Source of the DNA: Phoronis australis
Taxonomy: Eukaryota > Animalia > Phoronida
Direction: 5' to 3'
Length of the DNA: 64,000 bases
Assembly (NCBI GenBank): GCA_002633005.1
Contig: NMRA01000430.1
Location: 208,671-272,670 of the forward strand
This document shows, piece after piece, positions 23,113 through 36,045 of the stretch. Under the pieces are notes generated by a model. The model was not told the origin of the DNA, made no database searches, and saw only the letters and a list, made by a program, of their open reading frames with translations. Made by a program: the position numbers and the translations under genes. The stretch's first letter is position 1. Each line of letters begins with the position of its first letter.

Positions 23113-25351
23113 TTTCTTAAATAGATTTCTATTTGGGAGCGATGACTGATGCCTTTCCATCTTCCGGTGGGTTCGATGACTCCATCTAGTGGCCATTTTT
23201 ATGATGCTTACATTTTGGGCTTGGCGGGAGTAACTAGTCCGCATAGTGGCTTAAAATTTTGCAGACGGTTGTAAATGATGGGTGTCATTCACACACAATA
23301 AGCCTTTTGAAATTGACATACATGGTCAGTTAAAGCAGTTGTGTGTGATCCCTGCTCTTAGTCATACAACTGTCTCAGTAGGAACCATGTAACTAAACAT
23401 AGTTTAACAAAGAGTTTATGGTCCTGGTTGAGTTTTATTACCCAGCGTGGATTCTGAATAATCGAGCCTGGAATGTATAAAAAGCCCTAGAGGCATGGTT
23501 TGATTTGCGGCAAGCTGTGGGTCTTGCAAAGAATGGCTGGCGAAACTTAAATATTATGTTCTGGAGTACTCAGTGTTGGTAATGGCTGGATGTAACTTGC
23601 CCGAATTTTGAGAACCAGTTTTCTCCACTGAATAATGAGCTTCCTGGCAGGTTACATCCTACTGTTGCCCTCATGCTAAACTTGTAGTACTTAGATATAT
23701 GAAATAATATGTGGTGTACAATGCACCTTTATTTCCTAGTAGAAAATACAAAAAATAACTTTCGAGCATATCACCTCTTGGTCATGGGGCATCAAAAGTT
23801 GTAAGACTGACCTTTGCTGAGCCGATACAACTTGGAGTTTAATTTGCACTTAGGGGTCATTGTGCAACACATTGCTTTTTCATTTTAGATCTATATCTCC
23901 GTTTTGAGGAATTTTATTTACGCCTAAGTTTCTTGGTTTTTGCTTTGTCTACAAGTCCATCTTTCCTGAGATTGTATTTTATGTCACTTAATCCATTGTT
24001 ACGTCATAATAAACGACTATTTTCGCCAAGCTTCTGTCATCTCGAAAAGAAGTATGCCGTTCATTGGTTTGATAATATTTATAAAACCTGAAAGGACCAA
24101 TTAGCATGTACATTACAACAACATCTTCAGTGTCTTGTCTGACTGAAGTTCTGCATTCCGAAAGGTCGCGAACCTTATTTGTTTTACGGGGTTCGATTTG
24201 CTTTTTACTGGTAAAAGAAAGCTGGCGTCTTATTAATTTCAAAGTAAACTTAAATAAATTCACACGGAAGTGTCTGAATGTCTGAACAATTATTTCGAGG
24301 ACAGACGACTTCAATTGATTATGAAAGATGGTGTATTCCAAAATCACCAGTTAAGCACATGGCAGAATTGCGGCACAATTTGAGCTGCACTACACCTGTA
24401 TTTCGATGGTGAGCCAGATCATCAAGTAAACTTACACTTCAGTCATGTTGTCAATGATAGTGGTTTTTCAGTTGAGACTTGGTCTTGATTTACTCTTTAC
24501 CTGAATCCAGCTGAGCGAAGTATATCACTTTTAAACTTGTCATTTTAAAACACAGCGCTATCACGTGTTATCACTAGTGCACATGCTAAAATGATCCTCA
24601 AAAGTTGTCATTCTATGGCAGATCGACATTAGAAAGAAAACAGTGGGAAGTACAAAAATCACAAAAGAATTGCTAGACTCTATACAGACAATGATAAACA
24701 CTCTACGCAACAGAGGTGGAAGAGGTCGAAAGGGCGCTGGAAAAGTCTAGTTGAAGGGGGCTCCATTCAAAACGGCCAACAGCGACTGACGAAGAAGTGA
24801 TGATTGCAGACTATGAAGTCTGGGTTGCGATAGCAACGCCTCACAAATGCAGCTCACCTCTGTACATGTCCAGGTAAACATTTGAATCGTTGCTGTTAGA
24901 TGTAATTAGATTACAAAGCTCTGACTGATTTCAATTATTTCTACTCAATACTTTTTAAAGTTATCGACAACACTAGATTAAACCTCAAAACCACATTTTC
25001 GTTCATTCAATACTTTTACATTTTTTCTATTTCACAACACAGCATTGCTTGGCGCGACATTACTCCCTGTGTCAAAGTGGGAAATGCGACGATCGAGTTG
25101 GAGTAGATGCCAGACCTCATGTTTCACCATATAGTTGAGTCGAAAAATGGCCCCCGTGCACCCCCCGGACTTCAACTTTTAAGTTGCATTTTTGCAAAGA
25201 AAAATATGTGTGGAAATCAAGAAAGATGTTAACAAGCCGAAAAAGTGTCCCACGTGCGTTTTTATGCAAATTGATGCCGCCATTACCGATTTTTTGTTAT
25301 TTGAAGATATCTCACTTTCTTGTTCTTGTAAATGAACAAATCAAGTGTCAA

Positions 25352-26010
25352 AACCGATATTTTGAGGGTCAAGCATTACTATGTAATAATTTTCTTCCTA
25401 ATCTATTAAATCTAACTTGTATTATACGGTTACTAACAATCAATAATACACTGAAAGTTTACATAAGCCAATATAAACACTGAATGTGCAACTTTATGGT
25501 TTATATAATCAGCTCTTTAACGAGCCAAATTTCAACAAATGTCAAGGAAAAAAGCGGGGAAATAGCTAGAAATATGGACAATCATTAGGTGTTGATGTCA
25601 CTGATTACATGTTCTAACACTCCATGTCACTTTCATTGCTTTCCGTAAAACTTCCTTACAACCCCCCCCCCCCCCCTTTCNAACCGATATTTTGAGGGTC
25701 AAGCATTACTATGTAATAATTTTCTTCCTAATCTATTAAATCTAACTTGTATTATACGGTTACTAACAATCAATAATACACTGAAAGTTTACATAAGCCA
25801 ATATAAACACTGAATGTGCAACTTTATGGTTTATATAATCAGCTCTTTAACGAGCCAAATTTCAACAAATGTCAAGGAAAAAAGCGGGGAAATAGCTAGA
25901 AATATGGACAATCATTAGGTGTTGATGTCACTGATTACATGTTCTAACACTCCATGTCACTTTCATTGCTTTCCGTAAAACTTCCTTACAACCCCCCCCC
26001 CCCCACTTTC
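25352..26010. repeat. ~330-bp near-identical direct duplication across the single n at 25681 (probable contig overlap artefact)
   Basis: 25682 onward repeats 25352 onward and both copies end in a poly-C tract. Confidence 0.9.
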
Positions 26011-27400
26011 CTCTTCTGTGTCCACTTCACAAACATTGGTGAGCAAGAAATCAATCAGTAAGTTTGGTAAGATAGGACAACACGACCACACAGGTTGTAA
26101 TACTCTTCCATCAGTCCACATCCTCACTTGTCCTTCGTCACAAGGTTTTGGCTTCTCATTTATGGGTTCGCAAGCACGCTTGTACAAGGTGATAAGGTGA
26201 TTTACTCGTTGGATGAGAGGTTTCTGTTCAGACTGGCACGAGGTAAGTAGAGCATTATCATTCTTGGAGTTGTGAGGAATTCATCGTCATCAACCCTTTG
26301 ACGTAACATCTTGGCACGAGTAGTACGTATCTATCGATGACTCACGGCTCTGACCGTACGTGAGGCAGTATAATTCTTTCAACTTACCTCCCAATCAACG
26401 TCACGTTGCCTGAATGCACGTTGAAATTTTTTATTCTTTTCTAGCTTTTTAAGGGGGCCAACATTTTCTTTACGTTTAAACGCACTGGTGCAATCCTCTC
26501 CAGTGTATACATAAAATCCAAGTAGAGCCTCACAGTAGTATTTTCCCAAGGAGTTTACTAGGTCGGAGAGATTCAGTAGTCGCCCCAGACAAAACGATAT
26601 ACCTCACACGCTTGTGGAGAATGAAATGAAAATTTAAATAAAAAGACGTCACTTAATACGTTAATTTATCTTATCTCAGCTATTATTACCTTTCCTTGTG
26701 AAGATTGCTGCCATACTTGGTTTCAGGTTTGCTGCACAAAATGCATTCATGGGAAAACGAGCACGATGGTGCACGGTATTGATAGTTTATCGGGCGAATG
26801 GTGCACCTGAGAGCTTCGTGCCTCTGGGCTTTCAGTGTTTCTCAAGCGGTGAAATTTGGCAGTGAAGTGTTAATAGGTTTGTCTGTGATAACACATTTTC
26901 TAATTCACTCGGAAGAACAGAAGGAATCTGACCACGCACGGACTGCATTCAATGAGGAAGATCATATGGCTGTTGGAGACGTTTGTCCCGAATTTCATGA
27001 CGCTGTTGCAGTTTTTCGCTTGCTGTTCCTTTGACATTGCTTAAGATTGTAAAGTCACCATGTTCATTTATAGATTCTTGTTTCCTTACATGGATGATTT
27101 GTGCATTTTCTTGGATAGCTGCCTTAATTTCGAATGCAGTCCAAATTTCCCTGTCCTCAGCATTGGATTCGCACTGATTGACATACATGTCAGCAGCCCA
27201 TTGGTATATTTTGATGTTAGTTTGTATTCAAGGTGTGTTTTACTTCTAAAGTTTTGGACTGCAATATCACAATTTGTTTTCATGGATGGGTCAACATCAG
27301 TCCTGAATTTGGATACAAATAGAAGATTTTCATGCCTCACACTGTACTTCTGTTCCATGTTGAGGGTTTTATACCTGTACCATGTATAAAATAGCTTGCA
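26010..27400 (-). pseudogene. Decayed remnant of an uncharacterised, probably DNA-transposon-encoded protein with an H3TH-like (TGxD) motif
   Basis: Minus-strand translation near 26420-26580 gives LLNLSDLVNSLGKYYCEALLGFYVYTGEDCTSAFKRKENVGPLKKL, then IQRVNH..YKRACEP..KPKP..QPVWS..PILP. This resembles the LxGLHAFTGCDxTSAF family recalled from invertebrate repeats. Frameshifts are present. Confidence 0.55.
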
Positions 27401-27439
27401 TCACTTACTTGAAGTCCTAATGAAATGTTTGACCCACCA

Positions 27440-29700
27440 AATATATGTCCAGGCACTTAGTACTGTCAGTTACATGAAATAGTTGGCAACATATTGCGAA
27501 GTAACGCAAAATCGGTAATGGAAATGCTGTTGTAGATTGGATCTTAACTGCCCAAAATAATCTGAAAAATTGTGTATCGTTTTCTGTACTAAGACTTCTG
27601 ACATTATTGATATGTTAGATATCCACGCATTGATTGGGCCAAGATGTAAAGCCCCAGATCATTCTGTTCTTGTTTTAAAGTTTAAAATCCCCTCGCCTGG
27701 TATATGTTTACCGGTACCTGTTATCGACAGGCCATTACAGGGGCGGATCCTGGATTTTGAGTTAAGGGGTGGGGGGGCAGGGCACAGGAATAACCAGAAT
27801 TTCGCCACATGCACACGCCCATTCTAAAAAAGCGGTAAACGGGGTTTGTTAAAGGCCTATGCATTGTGCATTCGCCCCCAAGCCCCCCCTGGGTGCGCGC
27901 ATGCAATTCGCAACCCCAACTGTCAAATGCTATCTGAGAGAATTTTAGGAGGGAGCATGGCCCCCTTGGCCCCCCTAAATCCGCCACTGCATTAGATTCA
28001 AATACTCTTTCGAAAATAGTAAATATGACAACTCCAATATCCCGGCAGAATTTAGTAATGACGTGCATTTAATTAAGAAATTTGTGTTTAATTGATTCAT
28101 TATTGTTATCTTATGAACCTCAGAATCAACTTGATATATTGTATCAGTCATTTATATGCGTTTACTGCGAAGCGATACCGAAGCTGGTTTACTGTAAAAC
28201 AACACGTGAGGCTGAGATAAAAGGTCACATATATAACAACAAACTAAACTACTACAGATATGGATAATTACAAAAGTTATATAATATGTTGAGCTGTAAA
28301 AGTGGGTGACAATCTGCCACAGATGCAGAAGAGGGTTGCATCCGCCCACATTAAGGAAATGGATTCCTTGCTGGATTACAAGGATTATTATCCGAGTAGC
28401 TAACTAAGAACGTATTTTAAAAGGAACCAGTCTTATTGGAATTCGGAACTTAGCGATTTGTGGAAAATTAAAGTACATTGAAAAACAACTTTCAAGATGT
28501 CAAAGAGGACGCGGGAATTGGTCACATTACTAACAATTATTTCTGTTTACTCAATATAAATTTGACTGAAAACTCAAATGCGGGAAACGTTCATACCAGT
28601 TGAAGGTTCAGATTGAAATTCAAAAACTGTATACTAAAAATCCTAAGGATTTCTGGGAATTTAAAAAAACTGGGACCAAATCAGTTTAGCGAATTTCCCC
28701 TGGAAGTCTTGGATTCAAGTAATAAAATACACTCTGATAAAAATTTTGTTCTAAATAAATGGAAAAAGGATTATTTAAACGCTGTTCTGAACTGTTTGAT
28801 GACGGATTTTATTTGGAAACCTTAAATTTGCGCAAGCAGCTAGAAAATGATTGTTCTTATATAATTGCTCATGGCTTAAATTGTGAAATCTCTATTGATG
28901 ACGTCAGAAATGTTATTATGAAAACAAAGAATAACAAAGCCGTCGGCTATGACTATATCTTATGAGGTGTTAAGATTCGAAATTATTTCTGTTTTTCTAA
29001 CTCAGTTATTTAATGAACTACCGTGGGATTAGTCTGCTTTCAAATTTTTATAAACTCTTCAGTACTGTACTGAATAATAGAATTATGGGTTTCTGTGAAC
29101 AGAACAATATTTTAGTTGACGAGCAAACCGGTTTTCGAAGCCAACGGTCCTGTATTGATCACTTATATGTCCTGTCATCAATTACTCGAACAAGAAAGTC
29201 GTCCAACTTTTCTACATTTGTGACATTTCTGAACATGAAAAAAAGCTTTTGACTGGACAAACCATGAACTTCTGTTTTATAAATTACAGCAAAATAATGT
29301 GGGTAGAATGTATGATTCAATTCGTATGGTTTACAGAAGTCCGATGAGCTATATCTGATTAGTTGACATTCCGTATAGTGGTTGGTTCACTCCTGAAAAT
29401 GGTGTCCGTCAGGGAACGTATTATCACCGGGTTTCTTTGCCTTATATATAAATGACTTAGCTCTGGAAATTGAACAATTGGGTTAAGGTGTCAAATGTGG
29501 CCCAAGCAATATTTCAGTTCCTCATTATGCCGACAATATTGCACTTCTGTCTGTAAATGAAAATGACATGCAAGATATGTTGAAGGTTTTAAATAACTGA
29601 TGTAAAAATTGGAGAATGGTTGTAAACATGGCAAAAGCTAACGTTGTCCATTTTCGAGCTAAGTCTATGCCTAGAAGTAACTTAACTTGGTTTCCTGAAC
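27440..29700 (+). mobile_element. Decayed non-LTR retrotransposon (LINE) ORF2: end of endonuclease plus reverse transcriptase
   Basis: PDHSVL; KNNKAVGYD; NYRGISLLSNFYKLFSTVLNNR..LVDEQTGFRSQRSCIDHL; GVRQG; LYINDL; YADNIALL; many stops and frameshifts. Confidence 0.88.
27738..27989. mobile_element. MITE (CAGGGGCGGATCC ... ATCCGCCACTG) inserted in the LINE, 5-bp TSD catta
   Basis: Terminal inverted repeats; catta at 27733-27737 and 27990-27994; relatives at 58091-58245 and an end at ~31700-31712. Confidence 0.75.
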
Positions 29701-30972
29701 AACAAAGTTGCAATATAAACATGCTTGGCTGCTTTGGCGCGTTGTGCATCAAGATGTTTATGGAAAGTGGAACTTACGGCCAACAGTGATACGGTTTAGT
29801 CTGGCCACAAGACGCTCCTCCACTTCTATGGTGTAGCAGAGTTTATGCATAAAGTGATATCATCAGTCGACACCAACATAATCAAACTTCTCAGTTTAAG
29901 AGAGATCGTTACAAGCAAATGACATTAATTAAATTTACCCATGTTTGCACACGCGTGATTTAACTCAAACCAATGCATTTCTTCAATGATTGCAAGATAA
30001 CCCTAATCTTTCCATGACTGTAGTTCGCATACATAATTTCATAGCCATCTGTGTAACAGTGCAAGCTGTATTTGCCGTCCAAATCATGAACATATCGTTT
30101 ATAAATATTTTAAATAACAGAATTCCAAAAATATGGGTATATCCTTATATCACTACGAGCAGAGAACAATTACTGAAGTGAACATGTCTATGATTCATCC
30201 GGGCCACTTATATAGTCAAATGTTTGGTAGTTCAACTTCACGTACTTGAAGTGATAACCTGGGTATAAATGTCTATTAGCATTACAGGAAATTAAAACGT
30301 GCGCTTTGTTTTTTCAAACTGGTTGTGAAGGAGCATTGGTTTGATGAGTAATTCAGTCAACTCCATCGAGGTTTCGACAAATAAACAACTGCTCCCAAGA
30401 CGTGGTGATTGATTGACTGGTTGGCTAATTACAATCTTAATCCATTAACAACTACAACAATACACGTAATTGAAACAATACGCTATTGCTCACTTTCGCG
30501 TGTTTCTAATCTCTTGAATGACGCCAATACCTCTGCTGATAAGCAATATTCTTCAAGCTTGAGTTCCACTAGTCAAGGTATATTCATCTTTGCAAATGTA
30601 TGCAATAGAAAATGTTGCGACTCTAAACTCGAATTAACATAGCGTTTTTGTAATGTGTTGTACCTCCTTTTAAATATGAATTGTTCCTCGAATTCTGAAA
30701 AACTGCCTTGCGAGGCTCACAAAAGTGCATATTTATTAATTCTAATGTACCACATATGCCCATTAACATAGCAATCTAATTTACTCTCATGTGGTTTGCT
30801 AGTAATCACTAATTAAAAACAGTGCGTTTGATGCCCCCCCTTGGCTGCCGTAAAAAATAAAACAGTAAAAGCGAAGGGAAATGTTGAGTTTATTAATTAA
30901 CCCCGGTAATTAAAATTATACGGATGAAAAAAATTTAAATGTGTGCAGTTTTAGTGTGGGGGGGGGGGGGGG

Positions 30973-30991
30973 NNNNNNNNNNNNNNNNNNN
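30973..30991. other. Short assembly gap after a poly-G run
   Basis: Ns. Confidence 1.
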
Positions 30992-31389
30992 CTACGACTC
31001 AGTTTCCGTCGTCTGCTCCACTGTGCATTGAAGAAAATTTACTTCATTTTTTAAAGAAAATGGAACCTGAGTGACGATGAAAAAACAGAAGCTGCTGGTA
31101 AGATGGGAATTTTAATCGAAGCCTTAGTGAATCACTCAGAAACTCGCAGTACTCTCTTTATCAAACCTTATGTTAAGACGATTTCCAAAGCAATCCCGTC
31201 ATTATTACCAACACGAAAAACGGATTTGGTCTTTTGGACATTTTAAGACTATTTTAAATACGACAAATTTGTTAAGAATCGGTGGCACAAAACGTGTAAT
31301 AAGCATTACAAAAAGAAGTAGGTTTCGCGCGCAAACGCTGTGGACCATAAACAAGTAGGTCTCTTAGTATAACATTAGTAGTTAAATCG

Positions 31390-31470
31390 TGGTGCTGCAG
31401 TGGTAACGCACGTGAGCTCTATGCGCAAGGTCGTGAGTTCGAGTCTTTGGTACTTGCAGTTTTTCCTGTT
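31390..31470 (+). mobile_element. tRNA-derived SINE head / tRNA-like relic
   Basis: A-box-like tgcagtggtaa, B-box gagttcgagtc, followed by a T run. Confidence 0.5.
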
Positions 31471-33126
31471 TGACACGTTCTTCGTGTTTTTTTTTTTTTT
31501 TGGTCTTTTTTTCTTGGATAATACTTCAGGAATCAAGGAAAATACTTGATTTTTAGAGGTAAAAACAGAAAATTTTCCTGGGCGGGAGGGGGATTGCCCA
31601 CCTCCCGCCATTCGGTGCTATGCGCATCTACAATCGTGCTTCAGTTTGGGCAAATGTTTACAGCCGGACAAAATGTTGCCCCCCCCCTTGTGATATCATA
31701 GATCCGCCACTGTAATACCGAAAAAAAACAAAATGTATGAGTATTGCCTCAGAGCTAGGTCATATCAGAAGTGACCTTGAACTTTGGCCATTTCGGTTGC
31801 TCAGCTGAAACAGGTTGTTAGTGAAAAGTTATTGGGGTCTAGTCAGGTTAGTGGGACTGTATCTAAAATTAGATAGTGTCTTGGTGATATGTGTCTTGTC
31901 CGACGCATATCACCGTTTCTTCCCACAGATGGCGTCTGAAATATTTCGGCCTCTGTGTATTTCCTCTCTTCATTTACTGTAGTACCGTGTGGTCAAGATG
32001 CAATGCAAATTTGGTTTCCTGAAAGCTCAGAAGCAGGCTGCCGGAGTTATTCCCGGTGTGCCTTTTAAGACACTCCATCAATTCCTATGTTTAACAGACT
32101 GCCGGGGTGGTTCCCTGTTGACAAATATTTTGTATAAAGGCGTTTGTGTATGCTGCATTATTGTTTCCAATACTATTACTACTGCCATTGTTTTTTGCGT
32201 TTGCCTCTGTATCTTCAGAGTTCATTAATGTATTTTCATGAAATTTGGCAGATAGGTTTCTACTAAGGAGACGGCAACGTCTTCCTATTTTTGCACAGAC
32301 TTGATGTTTTCTGTGCCAGACCTGGTGGCCATTTAAAAACGTTTGCGTATTTTTTTGACGTCTGCCTCTCAATATGCGAAACCACCCGAAGTGTCATTAC
32401 GAAAATTAAAGGTTGTGTTTCTGATGCGGAGACCCCGGCTGAAGTTGATTTTTGGATGTTTTAACGATGCTGGTGCCTCCTAGGGGCAATTTTGTTTTTT
32501 TTACATTTACCTCTATATCTTAGGAGTTCCGTGGTTTATTTTCATGAAATTTGGTAAATAATTGTGTATTACTGAGACAGCGCCACCTTCTCACTTCGGT
32601 AAGTTTGACGCATTGTGCGCCATCGAACGATCATTGATATGATACTAAAAGCTCCCATAAATGCATACCGTTTGCGGTGCTGTCGTGGGCGCCTTTCACC
32701 GCTCCGCCTTAAGCTTGTTCTATTATTGATTGTTGGTTTTTCCTTACTTTGTCCACTGACTTTGATTGTGGATTGATGGATTGACATGTATGTGTGTACA
32801 GAATTACAATTTTACATGTCAGTATACCAAAGGTTCACTACTCCAAAGGGAGAAGCATTTACAGATGCCAGTTAGGAACTGCAATGAGGTGTTTAATACT
32901 AGGCATATCAGTAGTAGTATTACTATCATAATTAGCAAACACTGTAATGTAATATAATGTATTGATGTTGGTACCCGTGTGTATGGTCTGACGGGGTAAT
33001 TGTTGATCTATAACTCATTCGTCATTGCCGCCTTAAAAGCTCACTTAATCTAATCGGTTGTTAGTTCTCTACCAGAGTAGTCCGGGCTCAGCATCTGAGA
33101 TCTGATAGAAGTTTGAAGTGTCACTA

Positions 33127-34275
33127 ATGGCTGTGAACGCGAGTAACTTAACCGACTACAGCTTGTATGCTGCTTACGGAGAAGTTTGGTGGGCGAGCTG
33201 CAGAACGGCGGCTGTGTTTTATGGAACAATATCGTCGTTAGCGTGCTTGCTCAACGTTGTAGCTCTCGGAGTTATTTTGTGTTCCAAGATGTCGGAGGCT
33301 GCTACATTTTACCTCATTAATCTAGTCATCGTCGACTTGATAACGCCAGCTTTACAAATCACTCTTGTTATAAAGGACCCTGATTGTTACGATACTTACA
33401 GATCCATGTTTTTTAATGATTCAAATCGTACAATTGATAAGGTGTTTCCGTCGCTGAGTCAATGTCTGCAATCTGTTGCTTTTTACGGATACTTGCTGAA
33501 CGCCATGTTAATGACCTTGGATAGGTTTGTTGCTACCTGGAAGCCGTTTTCTTACCAGCGTCTCGTCACCAAAAGGCGCGTCGCGCTTAGTATCGTGTGC
33601 GTTTGGTTTCTGTCCGTCGTCATGGGTTTCTTGCCTTATATAATCAGTTTGGCATCCCTTGAGCAACTAAAGACATCTCGTTATACTCATAACATGACGT
33701 TAATGGAGGCGTTCTTTACTGATGTGGACACTAATGTAAAAACAAGCTTAGAAGTTTTGTTTTTTACTGCTTGTGTAATATTTTGCTGGATACTGTTTGT
33801 ATATGTCGTAATATTTCGTGCCATCAGACGTCACCACAAGTTCTTGCAACTCACTCATCAGCAGAGCAAAGGTATATTGAAGGGGGCACTCACTTCCTCT
33901 TTAATCGTGGGCTCTTATGCATTGTGTTGGCTGCCGTTCGGTATTACGTTTATCGTGCTCAGCTACTCCAAAACGAGTGATATTGACGTTAAGACATATG
34001 CCACACTGATTCAGTGGAAGGATGCCAATTATGGGCTCGTCCTACTGAATTCTGTGTGCGATCCTATCATTTATATTATGATAAATACAAAATTCAGATC
34101 ATCTCTCGTGAGAAGGCTGAAGGTGTGTGGTTGTGACTGTCAGCGACGAGCCAACAGACGGCGCTCTTCCTCCAGTAACAAACTAACGCTCTCGACATCA
34201 TCTGGCCATGGTAGACGGCAGCAGACGCGCTCAGCTGATTTAGTTACCGCGGAACAGTGTGAAGAGATGTTGTAA
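33127..34275 (+). CDS. Intronless class A (rhodopsin-like) GPCR, melanocortin/MECA-like orphan, 382 aa (paralog A)
   Basis: Seven hydrophobic segments; TM1 LLN, TM2 NLVIVDL, TM3 LDRF, TM4 W, TM6 CWLPF, TM7 NSVCDPIIY, helix 8 KFR; N-terminal sequons NAS/NLT; first ATG at 33127. Confidence 0.93.
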   Translation: MAVNASNLTDYSLYAAYGEVWWASCRTAAVFYGTISSLACLLNVVALGVILCSKMSEAATFYLINLVIVDLITPALQITLVIKDPDCYDTYRSMFFNDSNRTIDKVFPSLSQCLQSVAFYGYLLNAMLMTLDRFVATWKPFSYQRLVTKRRVALSIVCVWFLSVVMGFLPYIISLASLEQLKTSRYTHNMTLMEAFFTDVDTNVKTSLEVLFFTACVIFCWILFVYVVIFRAIRRHHKFLQLTHQQSKGILKGALTSSLIVGSYALCWLPFGITFIVLSYSKTSDIDVKTYATLIQWKDANYGLVLLNSVCDPIIYIMINTKFRSSLVRRLKVCGCDCQRRANRRRSSSSNKLTLSTSSGHGRRQQTRSADLVTAEQCEEML

Positions 34276-35243
34276 GAATTCGCATCAGCGGTCTCAAGGC
34301 AAACAACCTTTTCCGTTGAACCTGGACCGTTGAACACTAAGGCCTACCAAAGAGCGCTACCCTGGAAGGGGAATCCTTGCCATCCGGACTTGCCTCTCTG
34401 TAAAAAAAATGTCCATACCCCTAGTAGCTTACTCACAAATCCCGTTTTAAGCAACCTGAAACTCCTATCCGTTGTAAGTGAACATCTACATGTTTGTTGT
34501 TCAACTTCCATGGTAAAAGTTTCCAGTGAGTTATTGCGATGCGTGACTGAGTAGTGCATGGAGATGAGGGTTCTACTGTTCGTGGTAAGGTTTTCATTAC
34601 TACCCGTGCATATAATTATGATGAAATAATTCATAGCTAACTAATATAGTAATCATCTAGAAATTACCTTTGTGTTTAATATCTACTTTTTTACCAGCTC
34701 AAATATTTGCACAACTAGAAGTAATGAAATTTAAAATGACATTAACACTGGTATCGAGGTTTTAATTACTCAATATAACACTTATTTAGATTACTATGTT
34801 ATTTTGATGGAAATAACGTCATAGAAAATTGACTCATTATGCATAAAACTCTAATTACAAACGAGTTTGGTCCCTGGTAAATAATTGCACATGATTTGAT
34901 ATCATGTTATTTTGTAAACAATTCAGTTCATAAAGCATTTACGGGACTACTAGCTAACTCTGTATTGACTGTACATGTCACCTTGGTTTTGGACTGAAAG
35001 TAAACAAAATACAAGCACGTTAATCAACGGAGTAAATGTGAAGATGACAACATTAGCTTGGATGATCAAGTTTGTATTTATGATCGAAAAAACTACGTAC
35101 TACGCTCCACAAGCTCGTTACCAAAGATGAAAAGAAGACCGAGGTTGGCGAAATAATGTCATTTATACTACAATATTAACCTCGAATGGCAGATACAACC
35201 GCGTAATAACCCATAAAGTTATCTCACTAGTGGGATAACATTT

Positions 35244-35325
35244 TGGCGTGAAACCGAGGCCGGATTCGTACCCGGGCCTCAAGAGTTTCGAGTCGCCGAC
35301 TTTACCACTACACCACTCAGCAGCG
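35244..35325 (-). mobile_element. tRNA-derived SINE head
   Basis: Minus strand gagtggtgtagtggtaaagtcggcgactcgaaactc..ccgggtacgaatccggcctcgg with A/B-box-like motifs; lies in a segment absent from the paralogous block B. Confidence 0.5.
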
Positions 35326-35899
35326 GCTGACGTCATCGAACGTGAAAATAGAATACTTAAATGAGCACGCGCAACAATCGCATGTTCAGCAAAGGGCATT
35401 GCACCGACATTTATGCGCTATGAAAAATAAGACGCATAATTTCCATAAAAACGATATTTTAATTCAGTTAAATTTTCCTCTCGTGTTCTCTCACTTGTAA
35501 ATCACCGATCTCCCAATTTGAATGCGGGTATCGTGTAGTCGGGATCCTTTGACTTGAGCATTATAGTCAGTTACTAGTGGTAATCTAATTTAGCAGACGA
35601 TATTTTCCCAGTGGAAGCTTAGCGTGATAAAATGTGTAGTAAGCTATAATAGTTGCTAAACCTTAATTTTATAGATTCACTTTATTTCTATTTTGTTTAA
35701 GTTTTCAATTGCTTTTGAGTATAAGCATTATTTGACAAAAATAGCTCTGCTTTTCTTAAAAGGGCACGACCTCCGACCCCGGGCCTCTGACATAGAAAGT
35801 AGTTACAAAGCCGAGGCGAGTCGAGAAAGGTAGGCTAGATAGAGTTATTGCAATGTTTCTCGTTCAGTATGTAGTATAAACAGATTATTATATGTAGTC

Positions 35900-36045
35900 A
35901 GTCGTTATCCCCCTTATCTAGAATCCTCGTGAATTTTGGAGAATTATCACCCTCGGGGCTAACGCCCCTCGGGCGATAATTCTCCAAAATCCGCTCGGGC
36001 TCTAGATAACGGCAAAGATATCTTTGATAACGGGGAATAACGACT
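35900..36045. mobile_element. Palindromic MITE-like element (left half missing in the copy at ~41630)
   Basis: ttatctaga..attttggagaattatcaccctcgggg / cccctcgggcgataattctccaaaat..tctagataa. Confidence 0.55.

Noticed and set aside
22409-34275. Functional link between CWH43 (lipid remodelling) and the neighbouring GPCRs
   Set aside because: Adjacency in an animal genome is not evidence of a shared pathway.
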